Source: Gnetum montanum
Lineage: Eukaryota; Plantae; Gnetophyta
Length of the DNA: 64,000 nt
Reading direction: 5' to 3'
NCBI GenBank assembly: GCA_015680685.1
Contig: MNCI01002465.1
Span: forward strand, 237,268-301,267
The position numbers and the translations under genes were made by a program. This document shows positions 51,572 to 64,000 of this stretch, piece after piece. The first letter of the stretch is position 1; every line of letters starts with the position of its first letter. The notes below the pieces were generated by a model. The model saw only the letters and a list, made by a program, of their open reading frames with translations. It was not told the origin of the DNA and did not search any database.

Positions 51572-52310
51572 GCTGTAAATTGCTACAAATTTCTACCTTG
51601 TATAGGTGAGATGGATGCCCAAATTTGGGGGGTTAGCATATACAGTAAGTCCCAAACCCCCATGGCCATTCCATTTACTATAAATAGTGAGAGGGCACAC
51701 CTTCTACACATGAGGTAAATCTTCTATGCTATGCCTTCAATATTTCACATTGAATTGGTTGGTCAATCTTGAAGTCAATGGAGTATAGAAATATTGCTAA
51801 AGTTGCTTCCATGCTATGGGGATGCAGTTTCTATGTTGGGGGTGGAGCCTCCATGCTAGGGAAAAGCTTCCACACTAAGGGGTAAAGTTTCCATGCTAGG
51901 GATGAAGGTTTCCACAATGAGGAAAAAGGTTTTCATTCTAAAGGAAAAGGTTTTACACCTCCACAATGAGGCTGGATGAGGTTTACCACCTTGCAAGTGT
52001 TTCTAGCATAGAAAAGTGCATGTCCTCCATAAAATCCATCAAATTGTCATTTTTGGCAATGCAATAGAAATTTTTAACCCCCACCACTAAGCCCAAATAT
52101 AGACACTAGGTGACTCTTTTAACTTAGTGAATAAGGCTTTCACCACTTACAAGGCATTTTTCATCTCCAAAAGTATGAAACATGTGAGATTGCACCCTGT
52201 GGATTACAATCCTCACATTTACAATAAAATTTTACCTCAAGTTTCATGGGGTGAAGGCTACATGATGGAAATTGGGTACAACATGCAAATTTTAATGGTG
52301 TTTCATTTAT

Positions 52311-54250
52311 TATGCAAATATTTAATAGCAACATGATTAGTAAATACTATTGTACAATAACCAAGTAATGATGAAATTTATCTAAATTATAAACAATCAC
52401 TAACATCTCTTTTTCATAAGTAATATAATTAATTTAAGTAGGAATTAATGTCTTAGAAATATAATAACTAACATATGAAACATTATCTTTACACTAATCC
52501 AACACTGCTCTAATCACAAAATTCAAGGTATCTATCATAAGCTCAAAATCTTCACTTTAGTCATGTCCCTGTAATATTGGTGTTGAAGAAAGCTTTGATT
52601 TTAAGGTTTCAAATGCATTTTTTAAAATCTTTAATCCATTTAAAACCTCTTTTTTAACAATTATACTAATGGCTAAGTAGTCAATGAGAAATCTTTGATG
52701 AACTATCTATAAAAACCAACATGTCCCAGAAATGCACTTAAACCTTTCACATTATTAGGAGGAGTATGACGAGAAATAAATTTTATTTTTTTAGGATCTA
52801 TATAAATTTCATTTTTACTCACAATGTGACATAACACAACATCAGAAGAGACCATGAAAGGACACTTTTCCCAAGATAACCTAAGAACCTTATCAATACA
52901 CCTACATAAGACTAATTCAATATGACACAAGACATCAAAGAATGAATTACCATAGATTGAAAAGTCATCCATGAATACCTCAAGAAAAGAATGAATCATA
53001 TCTTAAAGAATAGATGTCATATCCCTTTGAAATATAAGAGGAGCATTGCACAATCCAAAGGGCATATGTCTAAATGCAAATGTCCCCCATTGTTTGGTAA
53101 AGGTTGTTTTATGTTAATCCTCTGGGACAATTGAGATTTGACTATAATCACTAAAACCATCAAGAAAATAAAAAAATTCATGACCTTGAAGTTTGTTTAA
53201 AACCTGATTTAAATATGGGAGTGAAAAGTGATTCTTGCTTGTCCAGTTATTCAATTTCAAAAATTAATATAAACATGTCACTTACAAGACTTTTCAGGTA
53301 CAATTGTAATAGGACTAACACTCTTAGAATCCAAAATTAGATAAATAATAGCTACTTGAAACAATTTCAAAAGTTTGTCTTTTACCACTTATTTTAAAGT
53401 TGGATTTAGCCTTCTACATGGTTGCTACTGTGGTCTATCCTTAACCTCCAAATGGATATGATGTTGAATGATGGATGGAGAAATCCCTTTCTTAAGATCC
53501 AAAGATGACCAAGAAAAAGCTTCAAGAGAATTTATTAGAACATATATCAATCTATATTCTTGATTAATTGTTTATCTTGAACTAATAATCAAGGGTTTGT
53601 TGTTTCTAGCATAAATATATTTAATGAGAGGAGGAAGTTCCTTTAAATCTAAAGTTACTTCCCTATCACTTGCAACAAAAGAGCAATTCTCCAATTTAAA
53701 CAAATCCTCATCATCAAAAGCATATTTCACTTGAGTACATAAAAGCTTCCTTGGATCATCCATAGTTACCTCTTTGTAATCTTCCAATGTTAGAACCTAA
53801 TATGCCTCATCTCGATCACATAATTCTAAAAAAACCATGTTTTCTACCATAGCATTAATCATATTATGCTCATCAATTTGAAATTGATTATCTAAGTTAT
53901 ATATATTGATTGAAAAATTCATATTTGCAAATTTTAAAGTCATTACTCTAGTTTTTACATAAATAACTACATCCATAGTAACCAACGTAGACGTACCTAA
54001 AATTAAAGGATAAAAATTATTCAATGAAGATGTGCAATAGTCTAACATAATGAAATCAGTAGGATATAAAGCTTTATCTACTTGAACCAATATATACTTA
54101 GCAATACCTTTTGCATAAATAGTAGACTCATCAACCAAAGAAATAGTAATATTAGTAGGACTAATATGATCATAACCCAATGACTAATAAATTTGAAATG
54201 ACATAGGATTTACACTAGCTCCAAGATCCACTACGACATGATGAAATTTT
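52311..54250 (-). pseudogene. pol: C pol, 5' part: protease, RT and start of RNase H
   Basis: VVDLGASVNPM, MPFGLCNAP, FLEVFMDDFS, FLGHVGFYR, EKEMLVIV. Frame rejoins at 23141 as YLHNK*TKSLGLSHW. Confidence 0.92.
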
Positions 54251-57029
54251 CTATTATGAATAATACAAGCAATAGTAGGACTACTAGAATCTATTACCTT
54301 TTTAGGTGTCATAGCCTTCAAAATTTTTGTAATGTTTCTAGTAGGGCTAACATGCTTAGGTATTTTAATGTTCTTTCTTATAGAACAAAACTCCTTGGGG
54401 GGGGAGGGGGTGGGGCTTGTGGTTCTGTGTGGGTGTCTGTATCTTCAATAGCTCTTAATAATGGAACATGTAAAGTGACATATTTAAAAAGGTTCTCAAG
54501 TTGCTTATCATCAACCTTGTTTGATTTCAATGTATGAAGAAAAGATGCTCATGGAGAAGAGGAATTAATGGTTTCATATAAACTAAGCTTTGGATTAGGT
54601 GATTCCTTCTAATTCCTTATTCTCAAATTCCTCTAATAGGAAGTTTTAAGATCAGCCACTAGACTACTTCAAGTCACTACCTTACATTGATTACTATTGG
54701 ATGATGAAACCATATGTAATTCTTGTCTTCGTTGATACATAAAATTTTGTTTTGTTTGTGCTAGTAATATGTCCTTAGGCTGTAAGGCTTGAATAAGCTT
54801 AATTATGTGATCATTTTGATACTACAAGGTATGTTGCTAGTTTTAAATTTTTTGTAATATTTGCTATTGAAACACATGGTTTTGATTAGGTCTCCAAGAA
54901 TGGTTGAAATTGTTATTATAATATGGATAATTTAGTCAAAATGAAGGACATGATTGGTAATTTTGGATTTGACTGGGATTCCATTGCCTACCTTGTAAAA
55001 TTACACTCATCCCTTGTCCATCTTGATTACCTAGAATATTAGCTTATTCTTTAATAAAAGGTAAAGTGAGATAGTTATGAGTAGTGTAATCAATTTCTTC
55101 ACAAATTACACAAGTGTAAGGAAAATCTATACCTATAACTTGTAGTTGGTTAGTGTTGTGAATTCCCTCATTCATACAAATTGATGATGCTCGTTACAGG
55201 CACTGGAATGATTGATCCTGCACACTAGCATTAGATGACATAGATATAGATGATAATTTATTATTAACCTATTCAATTTGTATTGCCAAGCTTGTCATCA
55301 TGGTGTATTCTAGCATAGTAGTTTTTTTATTCATAAGGCATCTTTTACTCTGATCCACTATTTGATCTAATATATTGAACACAGCTTCTAGTGTCTTTCT
55401 CAAAAATCATATCAATGTAAGCAAAATCAATACTTTTTCATGTAATAGGTGTCAAACCACCAAGAAAAAATCATAACAACTGATATTTCAAAAAACCATG
55501 ATTAGGGCTCCTTGCCTTGATGTCTTTAGAAAGCTTCTAGACCTATTCATTAGTTTCATTTTCTTTTTGTTAAAAGCTTCAAAGTTTTTTCTTATATTGA
55601 TGAATTTTCATAGAAGATAAAAATTGATTAAAAAATTCATCCTTAAAACCTTTCCAAGATTGAATGGAATATTTTTTTAATGATCTATAACATGATAATA
55701 CGCAATCTCTAAATGTAAGAAGAAAAAGACTCATCTTAGTACATTCTATAATGTTATTATCACATGTGACTATTAGTGTTTCAAACACTTGTACATGATG
55801 ATATGAGTCCTCATCATTTTTATTATAGAATTAAGAAAATGTTGATCAATTTTCAATCTCAACATCTTAACCAGTAGACAAAAAAAGGGGAGAGATGATA
55901 GTTGTTGATTTTCTCCCCATTAAATCTTTTAATGAAAGTTGATTATGCATTCCCTGATAAGGAACTTGATTCTGAAATTAAAAAAATTGATTAAATTGAT
56001 TACCTAGGGATAGTAAATTATGAGGTAATGGGTGTGATATTTGGTGTTATCCTTGATGTGAAATTTATGGTTTAGGCATAGATTATGTTTGGAAACTCTA
56101 CACAATGAATATTGATTGGACATTCTAAGGAATATGCATTAATGATTGGATATTAGAGTAGGGTTGTTGGGATACTTGCATAAATGTAATCAGATATGGT
56201 GTTGATGGTTGAATAGTTGTATAACCCAATCTAGGAATATGTTTTGGATTAAAAGGAATGGTAGGTTGTGCTACCAATTGATGAATCTGAGCCATGTTAG
56301 GATAATTTATATGTATAGTAGTTTGTATCAATTAAGAAACTATTGGTAAAATATTTGATGTGTTAAGCACTTGGGTTGAGATAGGTAGAGAGTGAGAAAT
56401 TAATTAATTAAACAATAGTGGCCATGTATGTTGGGTAGCTTATGTCAAAGCATTTAACAAGGTTTGATGATTGACTTGTAAATGCTATTGATGTAGTTAT
56501 TGTTGACGAAAAATATCAAAAGGATTATTAGGAATATTAGCATAATACATAATATAAACTTGTGAAGGAATAGATTGAGGATAAGAAGATGGACTAGTCA
56601 TTAGTATGGATAATGAAAAGATTAATTGAGTTGATGTAGCAAAATCTAATTGACCTTTAGAATTCAAAACCAATATACCAAATCCAAATTTAGTAGGCAT
56701 ACCAATAGTCATAAATACTTGATTGGGTTGAGTAGCATTAGAAAATAGGATTGAAAACTAAATCCAACTTGTAGCAATAATAAATAGAATATTAAGTCTA
56801 TCTACTGCACAAATTCTAGTGCCTATACTTGCAAAAGTTTGTGAATCTACCTAAGAGACTAGTGGTCCTTCCTACTAGAATGTACTTTGGTCCTCCTAAC
56901 CTATGGAGTTCCATAATAAATATGAGTCTTTTGATGTTATCAAAATCTTTTTATTTCTTTTCTTAGGATATCTGAAGAAGGAATAGTATCATGTACCGAT
57001 ATTTAACCTTTCTCACCAATCCAAACCAT
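54251..57029 (-). pseudogene. gag: C gag (Athila-type) with a long S/P/Q/T-rich N-terminus
   Basis: KMSLFLLTFRD..YRSLKKYSIQSW..FF.QF, CVICEEIDYTTHNY knuckle remnant; start approximate. Confidence 0.75.
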
Positions 57030-57302
57030 AAAACTATAAATAAATATGTAAAGAATAGACAAAAGAAAAAAATTAACAAAATCCAAGTCTACTATAAAAA
57101 TCATTGAGTGTGGACAAGTGCTTCATCAATCATTAGTATCTTCATAGTAAGAAACATATTCACATCAATCAATGTCACTTGAGATTATAATAGTTATAAT
57201 AAACACAAATTGATATATCAATTAAAATCCATAAAAATGATTAAAATATCAATAAAAAATCAAATAAATTTTAAATCTAGAAAATATTACCATAACCCAT
57301 GG

Positions 57303-57319
57303 CTATGAAAATGACACCA
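57303..57319 (-). promoter_or_regulatory. C primer-binding site (decayed, Asp type)
   Basis: tggtgtcattttcatag, 3 nt from the LTR end. Confidence 0.6.
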
Positions 57320-57322
57320 AAT

Positions 57323-58248
57323 TGTTATGTTATTCTTTTTTTAGTAGTGCTTGTGTTGTAGAGCATGGAAGTCAAATAAACAGAGGATCATGGGTTACAT
57401 AAAGATAAGGTGCTAGAATTATGGTGAAGAACACTTAACATTAATTCACTCTAATAAAGAAATAAATATTATCTTTCAATCATCAATCTCAAGAAATAAA
57501 TCTTATTAGAATTATCATTAATACTTCAATCTTATATCTACAAGTTTTCTAAATATCTATCTTCCCTTATTTGTTTTTTATGTATATATCTTGTAGCTTC
57601 TTTTCAAAAATGTGAAAAAATGGCTTTAATTGATTGTTACAGCAACTTCCAATTAACAACTATGATCGGGTGCAAGTTGTAGTTGGGTTATAGCTTCTTG
57701 TCCAAAGAAGAATCACCAAGTCAATCAACTGCTATGAGCTATTGCAATCAACAATCTTAATCAACCATTTCCAATGGTGAAATACTCAAATCTAAATGGT
57801 CAAATAGCTAAACTAAGTAATAAAAATTCATATGATTGTGATATGGATACAAGTCATAGGAGCTCACACTAATGGATTCACGTTTCTATTATAAATTAAA
57901 TTATGAGTGGCTACAAGTGGCATTTGAAGAAAACTCTAAGCTATGAGCTCATGTAGTTTGCATGAGTTTACAATACCTTATTTAATGTAGATACTGCTTC
58001 TATGCTACCTCCATGTCTATTTAAGACTAAATCCACTTGCACTTTACTCTTTTGATGTTGGAATTCAGCTCTCAATGATTATAGGATGGTCATTACTTCC
58101 TTGATGAGTTGAAAAATCATCAGAACTCACATTACGAGTTGAGACCTTAAGCTGTAGGTGGCTATGGGTCACATTAGCTCCCAACTACCTACCCAAGCTT
58201 GCAAAATAGAGGAACATAATTCAAGGAGCATCAATTCACATCCTAACA
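57323..58248 (-). repeat. C 5' LTR
   Basis: TG...CA termini; colinear with 10041-10969. Confidence 0.9.
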
Positions 58249-58253
58249 TGTAT

Positions 58254-61200
58254 CATTAGATACTTGTCATTTAATAATAAATGGACTTGACCATTTTGTT
58301 GAAAATTTGTTATGGTCCACCTTATTTTTTAAACTCCATAGTAAGACTGAATCACCTTCCCTGAATAGTCTCTTAATAACATGTTTTTCAAACCATATTT
58401 TATTTTGAAAAGAATGCACTAGTAATTTATCTTTAGGTTTTTCTATCTATACCTCTCTTTTAATTAGCAAGGACATAAGACTATTTTTTCTATCTCATTT
58501 GACACTATATTTCTAAACAAATTCTAAGGCTAAAACTATAATTTTGTTAGTAATCTAAGTGGTTGTTCCATAGATCAAATTAAAAGATGTACTATGGATT
58601 TCTTGTATCTTATGTAATCAATTCATAAGGTTGTTGCTAAATGTACATGCCAATTTCCTAAACTTCCTATATTAAAAATGAGCTTTTTATTTGTTGACTT
58701 TGTAAGGTCATTTCCTTATGGACAATAATTAGAGGAAAAAAAATAAAAGAATTAATTTCTTTAAAGCCCATTTAATAAATTCTTTGGATTAAAAATTTGA
58801 TCCATTATTTGAAACTAGCTCTTCTGGAATTCCAAATTAGTTTAATATATGTGTTTCTTAAAAATTAATTACATCATAAGTGGAGCTTGTTTTTAGAGCT
58901 TTTAATTTTTACCATTTGGTAAAATAATTAGTAGCTGTGAGAATGAAATTATGTCCTACTCTTGAAGGTGTAATAGCTCCAATAAAGTCCAATCCCCCTT
59001 GTTGAAAAGGTCTATCAACAATCACTAGCTTTAAAGGAGTGTTTGCTTTTCTTAATTAAAGGCCATCTATTTGACATATTTTTGGCCAATACAATCTATA
59101 TCTCAATATAGGTTGCATCATGGGTTTTGGGTTTTCTTATTTGTTGGATATTCAATGCCCTGAATTGCTTCAATTCTTCAATTATCAATAGCTATGCCTT
59201 TCTAGCATATGACATGATCAAGAAAACATCCAAATTTCTCCAAAACTACTTTTCTTTATATTTAGAGATATACCAAATTCACAACATCTATTGAAAATAT
59301 CTTGAAGATTACGTATATGATCCTCTTTTGTACATGAATATATAGTAATATAATAAAGATATATAGCCATAATTTTACCAATAAGTGCTTTGAATGAGGT
59401 ATCCATTGCTTGCTGAATTGTTTCCACAACATTGGAAAGACCAAAAGGGATCCTCTTGTATGTAAACATTTTCCATTTTATGATGAAAGTTATTTTTTAT
59501 TTATCATCTTTCTGGATCATGATCTAGTTATATCCTAAAGCTCCATCTAAGAATGATAGGCTTGACATCCTAAAACTTTGATTAACATCTCATTGATTTT
59601 GGGAAGTGGATATCTATCTTTCTTTGATGCCTCATTTAGATTTTTACAATCAACACATAATCTGATATCTCCATTTTTCTTTCTTACAATTACAAGATTA
59701 ACCATCCACATAAAATATCAAATGGGGTAAATAATCTTGTCTTGCAATAGCTTTTAAATTTCAACTTATATTGCAAGCTCAAACATAGGGTTAAAATTCC
59801 TTTATTTTTATCTTACAACTTTACAACTTTCAATTACAAGAATTTTATGAGTAATTACATTAGGTTTAAAAATTTTGAGATCATCATATGACCAAGAAAA
59901 ATTATCAAGATTTTTCTTAAGTAATGACAACAATTTTTGCTTAAAAATAATATCACTTTTCTTATTCAATTTACTATTTTTGGATTATTCTTTGACCCTA
60001 AATTTATTAATTTCTAAGCTTGATCTTCATAATTCTATACATTTGATCCTTTAATTAATCTTTTATGAAACTCCCTTTCATAACTAATAATCTCCTTTGA
60101 AATAAAATTAGACCTAGGTTGAGTTGAAATTTCATCAAAAAAAAAAATTTATCTTTGAATTCATTCTTATTTTTTAGGAATTTGAGGATTTGTTGGTCAT
60201 CTTTAAGACCTTGAAAATGTTCTACATTATTGGAAATGCATGGTTGATCCTTAATTTCTATAAAAAAATTTTATATCTAATAATTTTTAAAGGATCCAGA
60301 GTAGCTGTAGCCATGACTAGTTCACTAATTAGCTGATTTTCATCTTTAGGAATATGTATAACTTTGAATTATTCAAAATTCCTTATGAGATTGCATTCAA
60401 GCTATTTGTATAACTTTAAAAATGACATTTTGACCATACAAGTTTCCTTAATTTGTTCACAAATAAGTTTAAAATCACCTTTGATAGCTATTTTCTTAAC
60501 GCCCTTTTTAAAATTTTTCTTAATTACTATACATAGAGCTTCATATTCTACCCTATTATTACCATAAGGGAATGAAAAATCAATAGCCTGGAAAATTTTC
60601 TAGGAATCTTCTTTAATTAAAATAATAACAACTCTAGCTTCTTTCAAGTTACATGAACCATCAAATTATAATTTCCATTTTTCACCTTCTAATCATTCTA
60701 ACTATTTTAAAACAAGAATTTCATTTATAGAAAGCACTCCCACTGAAATATCTATAGTTTCAATGAATTTATTTTTATCATTAGGTGTGATATTTTTTAC
60801 CATGAATAGTCCACTTTGTATGTGCATGTGTGTGTGTATACATATATATATCTGATTTAGTTCTCCTCTCCATGATAACTACATATGTGAATAATCAGTT
60901 GCTATATATCCTAAAAAGTTTTTACTCTAACATTTACTTAGAAGAAGACTATACGAGTCTAGAATATATCTATTTGAACCATTACTCTAATTTTAATATG
61001 AGGCTCAAAAGCTATTTCAAGTAAGACATTTCCTAACTATCCAAAAATTTTTCCTCTACTTTTATCTACCTGAACAATCTTCTTATTTGATTATTTCAAT
61101 GCTAGACCTAGCTATTTGCAGTTAGATAATAACATAAGAGTTGATGCATCTCTTGAATCAACCAAATAATTATGTAGATACCTTCCATTTAACTTAATTG

Positions 61201-62830
61201 TTATAAAAAATGGAGGAGCTTCTTTATCAGGCATACACAGGTATTTGGCTTTCATCTTATCTTCATTACAAATAAAGTGTGGCTTAGATTCCTTTAAGTA
61301 TTTCTAGGACTTTCTTTTGCTAACTACTCATTTGTAATAGTTGAAAAATACTTATATTAGCTTTAATGAGATTAGGGTCCTTAATTATATCATATTCGTT
61401 CTTTCTTTTATACCATGTAGCGTTCAATGAATTTTGTTGAGAGTTTTTAACTTTTCTGATATCCTTTTTTTTCTTCTTTTCTTTTTCTTTTGGTTCAAAA
61501 TACTTTCGTGTGATAGTGGGATCCAAGATAACATTTGGGGGTCTATAAGAAGCCATTTTTTCTTTCTCTTTAGACCTCAAATTATTCCCTTCTTTATTGT
61601 TGTATTCTTCATTTCATGAGAAATCATCTTCTAAATTTATTGATGAAGAAATTTTGCTCTTTGATGATTTATGAATATAATGTATATCTAAAAATTCATT
61701 GTTAGACTCAATATTCAAGAAATTTAAGTTGCTATGGATCCATCATCATCAAAATCTACTACTTTAATCTCATGATGTCTATGTTTTTTGTGGTTTCTCT
61801 CTTCCTTAACCTTTACTTTAGCTAAAGCCTCTTCTAATTTTATGACTTTATTTTATAGATCCTTAAGTAATTTTCCTTTCTTTTAATTATCTTCTTGGTT
61901 TTGTAAATCTATACTTGTTTCTTTATTTCATGAAGGAAGTCACTTGAACTGAGTTAAATTATGTGCAGAGACTAAGTTTCTGTATTTTTCATTTGAGGGT
62001 TGTACTATTCCATTATTAGTTAGATTTAATTAATTTTCCAATTGAATAGCTTTAGTGAACAAATCATTTAAAGTAATCAAATTCAAAGTTTGTGTTAACC
62101 ATATTGAAATCTTTTGACTAACAACATTCAAATACATATCTTTAATAACTTCATCTAGTGGTCTCTATTTTTGTTGAAATAAACCACAAATTATTTAGAA
62201 TTTAATATTAAATTCCCTAACTGATTTCTTCGAATTCTATATTGCCTAAGCTAATGCATAATACAGTTGTTGTTGATTAATTTGATTACCAAATTGAGCT
62301 ATGAATAGATTCTTCATATCATCCCAACTTGTAATGTTATTATTTGGGAAGTTGGAATACCAAATTTGAGCCATACCTCTTAGGTTTGGTACAAATAGCC
62401 TACAAGCTTGATCTTGATGTTGGACATTTGCATGTACTAATGCTAACTCAAAAAAATGAACGTACTCTTCAACCAAGTAAGCTTTTCTAGGAATATAGGT
62501 TCTAGGTAAATATTTTTAAACTACCTTAGGGATATCATGGTAATTAGAAAATCCTAGAAGTGTGGCTCTTTGGCAAGGATTTACTAGTGGTTCATTTTCC
62601 ATGTTGAAATTTTTTATAATTGTTGAATGTCTAGAATTTCCTCGTCTAATCTTAACAACTGGTAAACTAGATAAAAGAGGTGAACTTCTATTTCTTTGGA
62701 TATTAACTTCACTATTTATTCCTACTTTAAAAAAATTTTCCTTCTTTTCTTCTAATGAATAATTAGTCTTATAATCTAAACACTTCTTAGTATATTCAAA
62801 TTCTTCAAATTTCTCTAGATGTTTATTCAT
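58254..62830 (-). mobile_element. F: old Tat-type Ty3/gypsy, gag-PR-aRH-RT-[RH deleted]-INT (TatII-like order); LTRs not identified
   Basis: gag 62830-61320, PR ~61260-60950, aRH 60690-60290, RT 59990-59150 (VRKKNGDIRLCVD..KDRYPLP), INT 59130-58254 (GLDFIG..TATNYFTKW). Confidence 0.88.
60290..60690 (-). pseudogene. Archaeal-type RNase H of F, located upstream of RT
   Basis: WKL*FDGSC..NNRVEYEAL..GVKKIAIKGDFKLICEQI..IHIPKDENQ. Confidence 0.88.
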
Positions 62831-64000
62831 GAATAGAGTAGTAGCTTAATTATGGCCCTCCTTTTGAAAGGAAAAATAACTATTGGAACTAACTTAGGAC
62901 ATCCTTTCTTTTCTAATGTCTTGTATCCTAGCTTACTAATCAGAATCACTCAGATAGTTGTTCTTTCAAAAACTCAAGTTTAGGTTCTTGTTGGTTTCTA
63001 GCTACACCAAGACCCAAATACCTCCAAATAAAACTTAGTGTCTTGAAATAGGTATGTGTAAAATAAATAATGTTTCTAGATGACCAGGCTATTGAATCTA
63101 TTCCATTACAAAATAGATATATATTTTTAACTATTCCCTAGTCTGTGAAGACATAGCTAAAAAATACTCATATCATTCACTGTTTAATTTTTATACTAAA
63201 GTGCAATTTAATAAATTTGAGATCAAATTTTCCTCAGAGAGGGTTCTACAAGAAAATAGAGAACATAGCAAGCTTTGATGATTCAATAGTAAAGGTTATC
63301 AAATTGCATGAATCATAAACCATAAAAATGTGTCATCACAGTGATGAGTGAATACTTAAGGATAAAGCTATCCATATCATACTATGATAACAAGAAATAT
63401 CTAGCTCTCAATATAAAAAGAAATTGAATAGATTTAGAAAAGAAAATAGAGGAATTAAACAACATTAAAATTTTTAGCTAGATAGATTGCAAATGACAAA
63501 AATTATATAGATAACTCATAGGACAAAAACAAATTAGCTAGAAATGCAACTTCAAAATGTCATTGCATTTCTTCTAAATAAAATCCAATCATCTTTCTTT
63601 TTTTTTCCTTATTTTTTACAAAAATTTTCTACCCTTTATATAATAAGAAAGAAGTGAATTAGTTAAAATGTTATAGAGGTTATAAAAATAGTTATTGGAA
63701 ATAATTGATGATCACTCTTTTCTTAAAAGTATCTTGCAATTTTGCTCACTACTGCTAAATCTCCACCATTGTATTTTCTACCTAGAATTCTTTAATATGT
63801 TCATCCTCTCTTTAGACTAGATGCTTGTAGTAACTTTGTTTATATAACAAAAATAGTATTTCAATCATTGCCTTTGTTCTAGCAGTGCAAAATAACTACA
63901 CTATTTTTTCTCCTAACTAACCATCATCATTTATTTTTGTGTTTCTGATAGTGTCAGTTTTGTTCTTTTCATACTTCTAAATGTCTTGTAATGTCATATA

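Larger units (their letters stand above)
23142..52305 (-). mobile_element. D: giant Ogre-like Tat Ty3/gypsy element (~21.6 kb without nested E and B)
   Basis: Perfect TSD TTTAT (23137-23141/52306-52310), ~1.45 kb LTRs, PBS, PPT. Order: ORF1-gag-PR-[long spacer]-RT-RH-aRH-INT. Confidence 0.92.
44787..52305 (-). repeat. D 5' LTR (44787-45526 plus 51577-52305), split by B
   Basis: The two halves join into a copy of 23142-24591. Confidence 0.92.
10041..58248 (-). mobile_element. C: Athila-like Ty3/gypsy element (~12.5 kb once nested A2 and D are removed) with gag-pol and an env-like ORF
   Basis: Paired ~930 bp LTRs (10041-10969, 57323-58248), TSD ggtat/tgtat, decayed Asp-type PBS, DLGASVN protease, FMDDFS RT, and RH frame continuity across D. 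Confidence 0.88.

Noticed and set aside
62831-64000. 5' LTR/PBS of element F
   Set aside because: No convincing terminus, PBS or matching 3' LTR near 8-9 kb was found, so it was left unannotated.

Overview
AT-rich, CpG-depleted plant heterochromatin made almost entirely of nested, decayed LTR retrotransposons; no intact host gene, RNA gene or CRISPR array was found. Termini, PBS/PPT sites, target-site duplications (TSDs) and rejoined reading frames give a four-level nest. F is a Tat-type Ty3/gypsy with PR-aRH-RT-INT order (58254-~63000, resuming at 10040 leftwards, minus strand). C, an Athila-like element (10041-58248, minus), split F in its integrase. A2, a Sirevirus derivative (14553-21076, plus), and D, a giant Ogre-like element (23142-52305, minus), inserted into C. 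D carries an inverted solo LTR of its own family (E, 41611-43080) and a young pol-less Athila derivative (B, 45527-51571). A gag-only Sirevirus derivative (A1, 314-5642) and a B-family LTR end (1-306) lie outside the nest. The main discovery is inside D. The ~9.7 kb spacer between protease and RT (putative Ogre-type intron) holds an antisense 8-exon, ~1010-codon decayed gene (33190-38251) whose exon phases are all consistent. By eye its N-terminus resembles an FCP1/SCP (NIF) CTD-phosphatase fold with altered catalytic motifs, fused to a transposon env-like domain and a coiled coil. It is preceded by a ~3 kb array of the same short motif found in D's LTRs. All alignments and domain calls were made by eye and need computational confirmation.
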